Under the pieces are notes generated by a model. It searched no databases, was not told the origin of the DNA, and saw only the letters and a program-made list of their open reading frames with translations. A program made the translations under genes and the position numbers. Shown in pieces: positions 17,475 through 26,234 of a stretch of DNA of 64,000 bases. Each line of letters opens with the position of its first letter. Positions within the stretch are counted from its first letter, which is position 1. The DNA lies in assembly GCA_036643775.1 (NCBI GenBank), contig JAVXRI010000010.1, forward strand, positions 4,752-68,751, given 5' to 3'. Source of the DNA: Pseudomonas sp. (lineage in GTDB: Bacteria > Pseudomonadota > Gammaproteobacteria > Pseudomonadales > Pseudomonadaceae).

Positions 17475-19718
17475 ATGGCGAGCAATCTGGCAGCGAACCT
17501 GCAGCTCGGTGCCTCCGTTACGTTCATGGTGGGCATCGCGTTCAAGGCGGTCGAAGACCGTATCAAGAAAAACACCCAAGTACTGGAGACTATTTTCGCC
17601 GAAGTCTTTCGCCTGCGAAGCCAGGCGAGGCCCACAGCGGACGGAAGCTATACAGGGTTGGCCGAGCTGCGGCCTTACCTGGCAACAACGCTCAATCTGC
17701 TTCAGCAGCAGCTTGATGTGTTGCGTCAGCCGCACCCGGTGCGAGTGTCGATGGGGCAGGCTGGCGCACCGGAAAAAGTTGCGGCATCTGAGCGGGACAA
17801 CCTGAAGGTCTTCGAGGACCTTCCGGTGTTCGGCCAGGCGGTAAAGGTTGGCAAAGCATTGGTGCTGCCGACCCAGATCAGCGCGCAGTTCCAGAAAATC
17901 ACCCGAGACATCGCGATCAGCGCGGGCGTGGCCAATGGCGATAAAACTTCGGAGAAGGAGAAGGAAGTAATCGCCACAGTGAGCAAGATCACTGAGGATA
18001 CCGGGCTGGAACGTAACCAGTCGGCTACGTTGATCAAGCAGCTGTACGACACGGGCATGGGGCTCAACAAGGCCTTGGCGTACGCGCCGGTGGCGGCCAA
18101 ATTTTCGGTTGGCCAGGATGTTACGACCGATGACACCGCACGCTTGATCGGCGAGTTGCAAACCAACCCGAAGATCGAAGGGGCGGCTGAGTTGGAAAAG
18201 GCCCTGGCGCACATCGTGTTCCAGCGCAAGGGTACGGGGGAGGGCGCTGCTGACAGCCTTTCCTTTACGCAGAATCAGGATCTGGACAAAGCACTCGACA
18301 GCGCTCAGCCCGAAAATGTCAAAGTTGTGCTCAACAGCGACCTGCAGTCGCGCCGTGCGACTTCTGATCGACTTTTGAGTGAAGCGTCCGATGCCGTCGA
18401 CAACTCGCTACGCAGCCTTGGTGATGCCATGCAGCCGCTGTCGGACGGGCTGGCTGTGGGTATCACCGGCACGGCAAAAGCATTTACCGATCTCCCGAAC
18501 GCAATCAAGTTGCTGATCGCGGGTGCTGCAGTACTAGGCGCGACATTTCTGGCGCACAAAGGGGGGGCAGTCGCCAAGGGCATTTTCGACAAAGGAAGCG
18601 CAGTCGCCAAGGGCATTTTCAACAAAGGGCGTGAACGGCTCATAGGCGCGCCGACACCAGAAGTTGAGGGGGGCGACTCAGGGCAGAGGATCGACCCGTC
18701 GAAAATGTTCGTGCTTAATGATCCGCTCAAGGTGTTCGTCGTCAATGCGAGTGACATTGGTTGCTGCCTGGGACAGCAAGGTCGAAAGCGAAGGTCTTCG
18801 TCCCGGGGCAGGCGAAAGACTCCGCAGCCCAGGAGTTCACAGAACAGTAAGTCGCAACGTAAGGTACCACCGGACAAGAAATCACAAAGTAAGGCATCTC
18901 CGGGCAAGGAGCCGAAATACAAGGCACCAGAGGACAAGAAGCCGAAAAATCAGGCACCAAAGGACAAGGAACTGCAAAGTAAGACCTCAAAGGGCACCCC
19001 ACCACAACGTCCACCTTCTTCATCGGAGCACCAGGAGCGTTCGCGGCCGGTATCTGCTCCTACTCCAACGGATCCGCTGAGCAAACCGCCTGCACCCACC
19101 GGTCTTGCGACTATTGCCGGCAAACTCGGCGCCGCGTTCAAGGAGGTTCGTGGCCCAGCCGTGTTGGAGGCAGGCATCAAAACAGTTGTCACGGCCGTGA
19201 CTGCCGACACCCCTGAGGAAAAAGCCGAGGGTTATGGCGCTGCCGCTGGCGGTCTGGTGGGGTCGGTCATTGGCGGCATGGTGGGTTCGGTCGTCCCGGT
19301 GATCGGAACGTCCATTGGCGTCTTGGTCGGTGGCATGGCGGGCGATGCAATTGGCGGCTGGATAGGTAAGCGCATGGTGGCTTCCCGCGATAAGACCGTG
19401 CCTGCGCCTTTACAGGCTGGCCCGGGGCAACTTATCGCTGCACAACTGGGCGACGTACCGCGCTCGCTGGCGAGCGCCGTGCCTACGAGCGAGACTCCGC
19501 CAGCATTGGCCAACGCGCGCCCAGAACGTGCCCAACCGCAACAGATCAGCCAGCAATTCACCTTCACCCCCAACATGCCTATTACGGTTCAGGGCAGCGT
19601 CACCGACCCCATGCTGCTTGCCCAGAATCTGCAAGCCATGGTCCGTCGAGAACTTGAGGAGCTGATGCGCATGGCGACATCCCGTCAGCTCTCCGACGTG
19701 CCCCATGTCTACGTTTAA
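17475..19718 (+). CDS. Tail tape measure protein
   Basis: 747 aa, helical, G/A-rich hydrophobic segments (AAGGLVGSVIGGMVGSVVPVIGT); follows the chaperone. Confidence 0.9.
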   Translation: MASNLAANLQLGASVTFMVGIAFKAVEDRIKKNTQVLETIFAEVFRLRSQARPTADGSYTGLAELRPYLATTLNLLQQQLDVLRQPHPVRVSMGQAGAPEKVAASERDNLKVFEDLPVFGQAVKVGKALVLPTQISAQFQKITRDIAISAGVANGDKTSEKEKEVIATVSKITEDTGLERNQSATLIKQLYDTGMGLNKALAYAPVAAKFSVGQDVTTDDTARLIGELQTNPKIEGAAELEKALAHIVFQRKGTGEGAADSLSFTQNQDLDKALDSAQPENVKVVLNSDLQSRRATSDRLLSEASDAVDNSLRSLGDAMQPLSDGLAVGITGTAKAFTDLPNAIKLLIAGAAVLGATFLAHKGGAVAKGIFDKGSAVAKGIFNKGRERLIGAPTPEVEGGDSGQRIDPSKMFVLNDPLKVFVVNASDIGCCLGQQGRKRRSSSRGRRKTPQPRSSQNSKSQRKVPPDKKSQSKASPGKEPKYKAPEDKKPKNQAPKDKELQSKTSKGTPPQRPPSSSEHQERSRPVSAPTPTDPLSKPPAPTGLATIAGKLGAAFKEVRGPAVLEAGIKTVVTAVTADTPEEKAEGYGAAAGGLVGSVIGGMVGSVVPVIGTSIGVLVGGMAGDAIGGWIGKRMVASRDKTVPAPLQAGPGQLIAAQLGDVPRSLASAVPTSETPPALANARPERAQPQQISQQFTFTPNMPITVQGSVTDPMLLAQNLQAMVRRELEELMRMATSRQLSDVPHVYV
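18567..18632 (+). repeat. 33-bp tandem duplication in the tape measure gene
   Basis: gcagtcgccaagggcattttcgacaaaggaagc / gcagtcgccaagggcattttcaacaaagggcgt (AVAKGIFDKGS/AVAKGIFNKGR). Confidence 0.9.
18851..19000 (+). repeat. Five degenerate 30-bp tandem repeats in the tape measure gene
   Basis: SQRKVPPDKK/SQSKASPGKE/PKYKAPEDKK/PKNQAPKDKE/LQSKTSKGTP. Confidence 0.85.
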
Positions 19719-19727
19719 GGAGAGCCC

Positions 19728-20573
19728 ATGGCTTACCTGCAACAGCTACAGTCAGCCCTAAGCTCCGTGGTGAAGGCCGGACAGGACGGGCGCCAGAGCG
19801 TCAACCAGATGCTGGAACCCATGAACAGCGCGGTCACCGACATCACCGGAGTGGTTGCCGAGCTTGAAGCCATTCCCTTTGTCGGGCCGGTCATCGGGGC
19901 AAAGCTGCAACGCACGATGCGCGCCATCGATACCGCACAAGAGAGCGTCAAAAAGGTCCTGGCCAAGTACGACCAGGGCGTTGCGGCGGTGATACGGGTT
20001 CAGGGACAGGTCAAGGCGTTCGACGATCAGGTGGCCAAGGCTGCGGCGAAGATCAACCAGGTCGCCGGAAAAATCAGTCCGTCGCTGGCCAACATCCTGC
20101 CCACCGGCAGTTTCGCACCCGACCTCACCCCGGCTGCGGAAGCGGTAAAACCTTTTCCTCATTTACTGATCCTGCAACCGCTGGACGGCGTGTCACCGGG
20201 TTACTACTTCAACCTTGATACCGCGGCCTTCGAAGAGTTACGCCGTCAGACCAGCTTTCGCTGGGTCGGCCAGGAGCGCCTGACGCGCAGTGCTGCCCAG
20301 CAGGCGGTAAGTCTGGGAGAGGAGAAAATCAACATCCGGGGCGCGGTGTTCCCGGCGCTTAAAAGCGGTCTTGGCCAGTTGCAGACACTGCGCAGTTTCG
20401 GACGCTTGTTACGGCCAATGAGCCTGGTCACCGGTTACGGTCAGGTGCTGGGCAACTGGTGCCTGACTGCTATCGACGAAGAGCAGAGCTACCTTCTGGC
20501 TGGCGGCATCCCCCGTAAACAGGCATTTACCCTGGAGTTTGTGAGCTATGGCGACGACCTGCAGAACCTCTGA
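19728..20573 (+). CDS. Tail tube initiator (gpU family) with helical N-terminal region
   Basis: FNLDTAAFEELRRQ..FRW, LVTGYGQVLGNWCL, FTLEFVSYG. Confidence 0.9.
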   Translation: MAYLQQLQSALSSVVKAGQDGRQSVNQMLEPMNSAVTDITGVVAELEAIPFVGPVIGAKLQRTMRAIDTAQESVKKVLAKYDQGVAAVIRVQGQVKAFDDQVAKAAAKINQVAGKISPSLANILPTGSFAPDLTPAAEAVKPFPHLLILQPLDGVSPGYYFNLDTAAFEELRRQTSFRWVGQERLTRSAAQQAVSLGEEKINIRGAVFPALKSGLGQLQTLRSFGRLLRPMSLVTGYGQVLGNWCLTAIDEEQSYLLAGGIPRKQAFTLEFVSYGDDLQNL

Positions 20574-20754
20574 AGGGGACGTGCTCGACACCCTGTGCCA
20601 GCACTACTACGGGCACCTGAACGGCAGCGTCGAGGCCGTGCTCAATGCCAATCAGGGCCTGGCCGACGAACCCCAGCCGTTTCGCGCCGGGGTCCTGATC
20701 CAGCTACCGCAGCTGGTTGCAGCCAGCGACGCCACGGTCCAGCTATGGGATTGA
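20548..20754 (+). CDS. Tail protein X (LysM-like)
   Basis: RTSEGDVLDTLC..YYG...EAVLNANQGLA; 68 aa. Confidence 0.92.
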   Translation: MATTCRTSEGDVLDTLCQHYYGHLNGSVEAVLNANQGLADEPQPFRAGVLIQLPQLVAASDATVQLWD

Positions 20755-20822
20755 CGCCGCGGTCATACGTGCAGCCATCGGACCCCGCCTCGTGCGGGGT
20801 CTGCTTTTCTGGAGCATGAGCC

Positions 20823-21854
20823 ATGCAACCTGAGTTTCGCATCGTTGCCGACGGCAGCGACATCACCGCCGTGATCAACGACCGCTTGTTGTTGCTGCGC
20901 ACATCCGATAAGCCAGGTATGGAGTCAGACGATTTCGAGCTGCGCATCGATGACCGTGACGGTGCCGTGACCCTTCCTGCGCGGGGAGCACTCATCGAGA
21001 TTCATCTGGGCTACGCCGGCCGGACGCTGACCCGTCTGGGGCGCTACACCGTGGATGAAGTCGAACTGTCCGGGCCCCCCGACAGTGTGATCATTCGTGG
21101 CAAGGCCAGCGACATGCGTGGTACGGGTAAGACCACACGTAGTGGCAGTTGGGAGAATGTCCCGTTACAACAGATCGTGCGTGACATTGCCGCGCGCAAT
21201 GGTTGGCAGCCGGCGTGTCCGGTGCTGACCAAGGTGCTGCGGGTCGATCAGTTCAACGAATCCGATTTCAATTTCATCACCCGCCTGGCCAAGCAGTATG
21301 ACTGCACTGCCAAGGTCGGCGACGGCACGTTGCTGGTGTTGCCGCGTCAGGGTGGGCAGAGCGCTGGCGGCACAGCCCTGGGCGTTGTTCGCCTACGGCG
21401 CGCCGATGTCACGCGCTGGCAGTTTGGTCTGGCCGACAAGGGCACGTACAAGGCCGTGCAAGCCCGCTATCAGGACCCGCGCAGCGGTCAGCTCAAGGTG
21501 GTCGAGCTGGCCAACAGCGATGCACCGCAGGGGCTGGCGCCGGTGCACCGGGACCGTCATCTCTATCCGGACCAGGCCTCGGCGCAGCAGGTGGCCAGGG
21601 CCAGGCTGGCGGCGCTCAATCGCAGCACGGCCAATGTTCAACTGGACATGCCGGGACGCACTGATCTGTTTACCGAGCGCACGGTCGACCTGCAGGGCTT
21701 CAAGAGCGGACTTGATGGCGAGTACCTGGTGGAGTCAGTGGCGCAGCTGTTCACCACTTCCGGCTGGACGACTACGGTCGTGTGCAATGGCGGTAAACAG
21801 GGCAAGGCCAGGGCCAAGGGCAGCAGGCCGCGCAAGGCCGAGGTCTCCCGATGA
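20823..21854 (+). CDS. Baseplate hub / late control protein D
   Basis: DITAVINDRLL, LGRYTVDEVELSGPPD, QFNESDFNFITRLA. Confidence 0.93.
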   Translation: MQPEFRIVADGSDITAVINDRLLLLRTSDKPGMESDDFELRIDDRDGAVTLPARGALIEIHLGYAGRTLTRLGRYTVDEVELSGPPDSVIIRGKASDMRGTGKTTRSGSWENVPLQQIVRDIAARNGWQPACPVLTKVLRVDQFNESDFNFITRLAKQYDCTAKVGDGTLLVLPRQGGQSAGGTALGVVRLRRADVTRWQFGLADKGTYKAVQARYQDPRSGQLKVVELANSDAPQGLAPVHRDRHLYPDQASAQQVARARLAALNRSTANVQLDMPGRTDLFTERTVDLQGFKSGLDGEYLVESVAQLFTTSGWTTTVVCNGGKQGKARAKGSRPRKAEVSR

Positions 21855-21873
21855 AGAAAGTTGCGAGGTCTAT

Positions 21874-22425
21874 ATGGAAGTAACCGAAAAGACGCTGTTA
21901 TTGATTTTCCCCAACGCCCGCCAGCAAGCGGGCGTTTTTGTTCCAGCCTTGAACACTGCCATGCGGCGCTGGGAGATCGACTCTGCGCGGCGCACAACGG
22001 CGTTCCTGGCGCAGATCGGTCATGAGTCCGGTCAACTGCGCTACGTCAAGGAGTTGGGCAATGATCGCTACCTGTCGCGTTATGACACCGGCAGTCTCGC
22101 CCTGCGCCTGGGCAACAGCCCCGAGGCCGATGGCGATGGTCAGCGGTATTGCGGTCGGGGACTGATCCAGATCACCGGGCGTAACAATTACCACGCCTGC
22201 AGCATGGCGCTGTTCGGTGACGAACGTTTGCTGGACCTGCCACAACTGCTGGAACAGCCGCGATGGGCGTGTGAGTCGGCGGCCTGGTTCTGGCATTCGC
22301 GCGGGCTCAATCAACTCGCCGACCGGGGTGAGTTCAACCGCATCACCCGCCATATCAATGGTGGGCTCAATGGTCTGGAGGATCGCTTGAAGCTCTGGGC
22401 GCGGGCCCGTGAGGTGCTGTGTTGA
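21874..22425 (+). CDS. Endolysin, glycoside hydrolase family 19
   Basis: AFLAQIGHESGQL, YCGRGLIQITGRNNY, INGGLNGLEDR; GAGG RBS before ATG 21874. Confidence 0.95.
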   Translation: MEVTEKTLLLIFPNARQQAGVFVPALNTAMRRWEIDSARRTTAFLAQIGHESGQLRYVKELGNDRYLSRYDTGSLALRLGNSPEADGDGQRYCGRGLIQITGRNNYHACSMALFGDERLLDLPQLLEQPRWACESAAWFWHSRGLNQLADRGEFNRITRHINGGLNGLEDRLKLWARAREVLC

Positions 22426-22922
22426 GGCGCCTGCAGGCCGGCTTGCTGATAACGCTGTTGCTGCTGGTAGCCGGGCTGACCTGGCAGGTTCAGGCATGGC
22501 GCTACGGTACAACGCTGGCGCAACAGGCGCAGGCGCATGCCCAGGAGCGCCAGCAACAGGCTCAAGCCTTGGCTCGTCAGCAGCGTGACGAACGCCAGCA
22601 ACGCCAGGTGCTGGAGCAGCAGATAGAGGCCAATGACCAATCCCATTACCAGGAGCTGCTCGATGCTCAACAGGTTCAAGCTCGTTTGCGTGATCGCCTG
22701 GCTACTGCTGATCTGCGGCTGTCAGTCCTCCTTGACACCGACGCCGGCACCGCGCCCGGTCTGCCTGCCACCACCGGCGCCGGCAGCCTGGATCATGGTG
22801 CCCTACGCGCCCGACTTGACCCGGCGCATGCTCGACGAATTGTCGCCATCACCGATCGGGGCGACCAGGGACTGATCGCTCTGCGCGCTTGCCAGGCTTA
22901 TGTGCGGACGCTACAGCGTTGA
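22419..22922 (+). CDS. Inner-membrane spanin (Rz-like)
   Basis: N-terminal TM, Q-rich coiled coil, LRDRLATADLRLSV, DRGDQGLIALRACQAY. Confidence 0.9.
   Translation: MLRRLQAGLLITLLLLVAGLTWQVQAWRYGTTLAQQAQAHAQERQQQAQALARQQRDERQQRQVLEQQIEANDQSHYQELLDAQQVQARLRDRLATADLRLSVLLDTDAGTAPGLPATTGAGSLDHGALRARLDPAHARRIVAITDRGDQGLIALRACQAYVRTLQR
22663..22875 (+). CDS. Outer-membrane lipoprotein spanin (Rz1-like), embedded in Rz
   Basis: AGGAG RBS 7 nt upstream; signal MLNRFKLVCVIAWLLLICG-C; Pro-rich mature part; +1 frame entirely within Rz. Confidence 0.85.
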   Translation: MLNRFKLVCVIAWLLLICGCQSSLTPTPAPRPVCLPPPAPAAWIMVPYAPDLTRRMLDELSPSPIGATRD

Positions 22923-22981
22923 GGATGTGTGCCAGGCGGTAGCTGGTGTAGGGTAGGCGACAGTCTTTCAAGGAGCTTGCC

Positions 22982-23464
22982 ATGGACCCGATCACTGCGC
23001 TTTCCGCCCGGCTGGGTGAACACCTGCGTCGCTTCAAGGCTCAGGTGACTACCGCCGAGTCCTGCACCGGCGGTGGCATTGCCGAGGCCATCACGCGGAT
23101 TCCGGGCAGTTCGGCCTGGTTCGAGGCCGGCTATGTCACCTATTCCAATACGCAGAAGACCCGCCAGCTGGGCGTCCCCGAAACCTTGTTCGCCCAGGTC
23201 GGAGCGGTCAGCCAGGACGTGGTCGAGGCCATGGTCCGCGGCGCCCAGGCTACCAGTGGTGCGCGGTTCGCCGTAGCGGTCAGTGGCGTGGCCGGGCCGG
23301 ACGGTGGATCACCGGCAAAACCGGTGGGCACCGTGTGGCTGGCCTGGGCCGATGGCAGCCATGTCAGCAGCGAGCGCCGGCACTTCGACGGCGACCGCGA
23401 CGAGGTACGCCGACAAACGGTAATCGCCGCGCTAGAGGGCTTGTTACAGCTTGGTGCAGAGTAA
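22982..23464 (+). CDS. cinA: CinA-family protein (NMN amidohydrolase PncC domain)
   Basis: TAESCTGG, GSSAWF, SGVAGPDGG, KPVGTV; upstream of recA. Confidence 0.95.
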   Translation: MDPITALSARLGEHLRRFKAQVTTAESCTGGGIAEAITRIPGSSAWFEAGYVTYSNTQKTRQLGVPETLFAQVGAVSQDVVEAMVRGAQATSGARFAVAVSGVAGPDGGSPAKPVGTVWLAWADGSHVSSERRHFDGDRDEVRRQTVIAALEGLLQLGAE

Positions 23465-23509
23465 ATCGCAAATCGGGGGTAGGCGGGAAGAAAACCCTGT
23501 GGAATAATA

Positions 23510-23525
23510 CTGGCTACTTATACAG
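23510..23525 (+). promoter_or_regulatory. LexA (SOS) box of recA
   Basis: CTG-gctacttata-CAG, 42 bp upstream of the recA ATG. Confidence 0.85.
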
Positions 23526-23567
23526 GTGTTGTGGCCGTCAGGCCCTATCGATTACGTGAGGACTTCA

Positions 23568-24635
23568 ATGGACGACAACAAGAAGCGTGCCTTGGCTGCG
23601 GCCCTGGGGCAAATCGAACGTCAATTCGGTAAAGGCGCGGTCATGCGCATGGGCGACCACGAGCGCCAGGCGATCCCGGCCATTTCCACCGGCTCTCTGG
23701 GCCTGGACATTGCCCTGGGCATTGGCGGTCTGCCAAGAGGTCGTATCGTCGAGATCTACGGTCCTGAGTCGTCCGGTAAAACCACGCTGACCCTGTCGGT
23801 CATCGCCCAGGCCCAGAAAATGGGCGCTACCTGCGCCTTCGTCGACGCCGAGCACGCTCTTGATCCCGAGTACGCCGGCAAGCTGGGTGTCAATGTCGAC
23901 GACCTGCTGGTCTCGCAGCCTGACACTGGCGAACAGGCCCTGGAAATCACCGACATGCTGGTACGCTCCAACGCGGTTGACGTGATCATCGTCGACTCCG
24001 TGGCAGCTCTGGTGCCGAAGGCCGAGATCGAAGGCGAGATGGGCGACATGCACGTGGGCCTGCAAGCCCGCCTGATGTCCCAGGCACTGCGTAAAATCAC
24101 CGGTAACATCAAGAACGCCAACTGCCTGGTGATCTTCATCAACCAGATCCGCATGAAGATCGGTGTGATGTTCGGCAGCCCGGAAACCACCACCGGTGGT
24201 AACGCGCTGAAGTTCTACGCTTCGGTCCGTCTGGACATCCGCCGTACTGGCGCGGTGAAGGAAGGCGACGAGGTGGTCGGCAGCGAAACCCGTGTGAAGA
24301 TCGTCAAGAACAAGGTGGCGCCTCCTTTCCGTCAGGCTGAATTCCAGATCCTTTACGGCAAGGGCATCTACCGCAACGGCGAGATCATCGACCTCGGTGT
24401 GCTGCACGGTTTCCTGGAAAAAGCCGGTGCCTGGTACAGCTACCAGGGCAGCAAGATCGGTCAGGGCAAGGCCAACTCGGCCAAGTTCCTCCAGGAGAAT
24501 CCGGAAATCGCCGCGACCCTCGAGAAGCAGATCCGCGACAAACTGCTCAATGCAGGTGCTGTTGAGGCTGCTGGTCAGGCTGCTGCGGTTAATGCCGAGC
24601 CTGAAGACGAAGCCGAAACTGAAGCCGGCTACTGA
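23568..24635 (+). CDS. recA: Recombinase RecA
   Basis: [30 protein letters not shown]. Confidence 0.99.
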   Translation: MDDNKKRALAAALGQIERQFGKGAVMRMGDHERQAIPAISTGSLGLDIALGIGGLPRGRIVEIYGPESSGKTTLTLSVIAQAQKMGATCAFVDAEHALDPEYAGKLGVNVDDLLVSQPDTGEQALEITDMLVRSNAVDVIIVDSVAALVPKAEIEGEMGDMHVGLQARLMSQALRKITGNIKNANCLVIFINQIRMKIGVMFGSPETTTGGNALKFYASVRLDIRRTGAVKEGDEVVGSETRVKIVKNKVAPPFRQAEFQILYGKGIYRNGEIIDLGVLHGFLEKAGAWYSYQGSKIGQGKANSAKFLQENPEIAATLEKQIRDKLLNAGAVEAAGQAAAVNAEPEDEAETEAGY

Positions 24636-24643
24636 TCGTCCCC

Positions 24644-25111
24644 ATGTCCGTCGTACTCGACACCCCCGTCGCCGTAAGGCGGACAGCCATGGACCTGCTC
24701 GCACGCCGCGAGCACGGTCGAGTCGAGCTGACGCGCAAGTTGCGTCAGCGCGGCGCTCCCCCCGAATTGATTGACCAGGAACTCGACCGCTTGACGGAAG
24801 AGGGTCTGCTCAGTGAATCCCGTTACCTGGAAAGCTTCATCAGCTATCGCTCGCGTTCTGGCTACGGCCCTGCACGAATTCGCGAAGAGCTGAGCCAGCG
24901 CGGCCTGCAACGCGGTGACATCGACCAGGCCCTGCGCGAGAGCGGTGTGGATTGGGCGGGGCAGTTGCAGGATGTCTGGCAGCGCAAGTTTTCCGGTCAG
25001 TTACCCATCGATCCGCGCACCCGCGCACAGCAAACCCGTTTTCTGGTCTACCGTGGCTTTTCCATGGAGATGATCGGCCGCCTGTTGAGCGGCCGAGGGC
25101 TGGACGACTAG
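24644..25111 (+). CDS. recX: Regulatory protein RecX
   Basis: LLARREH...[22 protein letters not shown]; downstream of recA. Confidence 0.96.
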   Translation: MSVVLDTPVAVRRTAMDLLARREHGRVELTRKLRQRGAPPELIDQELDRLTEEGLLSESRYLESFISYRSRSGYGPARIREELSQRGLQRGDIDQALRESGVDWAGQLQDVWQRKFSGQLPIDPRTRAQQTRFLVYRGFSMEMIGRLLSGRGLDD

Positions 25112-25115
25112 TCGC

Positions 25116-26234
25116 TTACGTGACCTTGAGTGCTTCACGGGCACGTTGGGTGGTGTGCATCGGCTCGGGTTTGGCCCAGTTTTCCGACAGGTTGATGAAG
25201 TCCACCAGCTCGCGCAGGCGCCCCTGGTCGCGACCATTGAAGGCGAAGGTCAGGCGCGTAAGGTGGCTGAACCTGGCTTCGTCATGGTGTTCTCCAGCAT
25301 AAGCGTGTTGATGGTAGTGGCCGTTCAGGCGCAGATCGGCAAAGCCCTCCTGCAGGTCGAGTAATGCGCCCTCGCTGAGCGGGTGGTGCATACGGATCAC
25401 AAACTGGTTTTTCAACCAGCGGCTGGAATGGTAATTACGGTAAAACTGGTTGATCTCCTCCACGGCTTCCTCGGCACTTTGCACCAGGCGCAGCAGCTTC
25501 AGATCGCTGGGCAGGATGTAGCGGTTTTCTTCCAACTGGCGGGTGATGAAGTTCAGTGCATCCTGCCAGAAGTTACCGCCAGGGGAATCCAGCAGCACCA
25601 CAGGTACCAGTGGGCTCTTGCCGGTCTGAATCAAGGTGAGCACTTCCAGCGCTTCGTCCAGGGTGCCGAATCCACCGGGGCAGAGCACCAGGGCATCGGC
25701 CTCCTTGACGAAGAACAGCTTGCGAATGAAGAAAAAGTGAAACGGCAGCAGCTTGTCGGTGCCGTCTACGGTGGCGTTGGCATGTTGTTCGAACGGCAGG
25801 GTGATGTTGAAGCCCAGGCTGTGGTCGACGCCGGCGCCTTCGTGAGCAGCGGCCATGATCCCGCCACCGGCGCCGGTGATGACCATCAGATTGGAGCGGG
25901 CGAGGGTTGCCCCCAGCTCTCTGGCCAGCGCATACATGGGGTGTTCGATCGGGGTGCGGGCTGAGCCGAAGACCGTGACCTTGCGTCGGCCCTTGTACTG
26001 TTCGAGAGTGCGGAAGGCATTGTCCAGCTCGCGCAGGGCTTGCAGGGTAATCTTGGCGTTCCAGCGGTTGCTGTCGTCGTGGGCCATGCGCAGGACGGTC
26101 AGCATCATGTCGCGGTACAGCGGCAGGTTGGGGCTTTGAGCTGCAACCAGCTTCAGTTGTTCATCCAGGTTGCTCAGGTCGATTCCATTGTTATTGAAAT
26201 GACGCGCCAGCAATTCGTTCGGTTGGTAAGGCAT
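25116..26234 (-). CDS. LOG-family nucleotide monophosphate nucleosidase
   Basis: VTVFGSAR, ITGAGGGIM, RKLFF, PGGFGTLDE. Confidence 0.92.
   Translation of the reverse strand: MPYQPNELLARHFNNNGIDLSNLDEQLKLVAAQSPNLPLYRDMMLTVLRMAHDDSNRWNAKITLQALRELDNAFRTLEQYKGRRKVTVFGSARTPIEHPMYALARELGATLARSNLMVITGAGGGIMAAAHEGAGVDHSLGFNITLPFEQHANATVDGTDKLLPFHFFFIRKLFFVKEADALVLCPGGFGTLDEALEVLTLIQTGKSPLVPVVLLDSPGGNFWQDALNFITRQLEENRYILPSDLKLLRLVQSAEEAVEEINQFYRNYHSSRWLKNQFVIRMHHPLSEGALLDLQEGFADLRLNGHYHQHAYAGEHHDEARFSHLTRLTFAFNGRDQGRLRELVDFINLSENWAKPEPMHTTQRAREALKVT

Larger units (their letters stand above)
7911..22922 (+). mobile_element. R-type tailocin (contractile phage-tail-like bacteriocin) cluster at the mutS-cinA locus
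   Basis: Repressor, holin, baseplate, fibre module, sheath, tube, chaperone, tape measure, gpU/gpX/gpD, endolysin and spanins in R-pyocin order; no capsid, portal, terminase, replication or integrase genes. Confidence 0.93.

Noticed and set aside
21298-21873. 192-aa N-terminal extension of the endolysin
   Set aside because: Overlaps gpD in another frame; RBS and GH19 homology support ATG 21874.
7911-22922. Intact or cryptic prophage
   Set aside because: No capsid, portal, terminase, replication, integrase or att repeats; only tail, lysis and repressor genes, which fits a tailocin.
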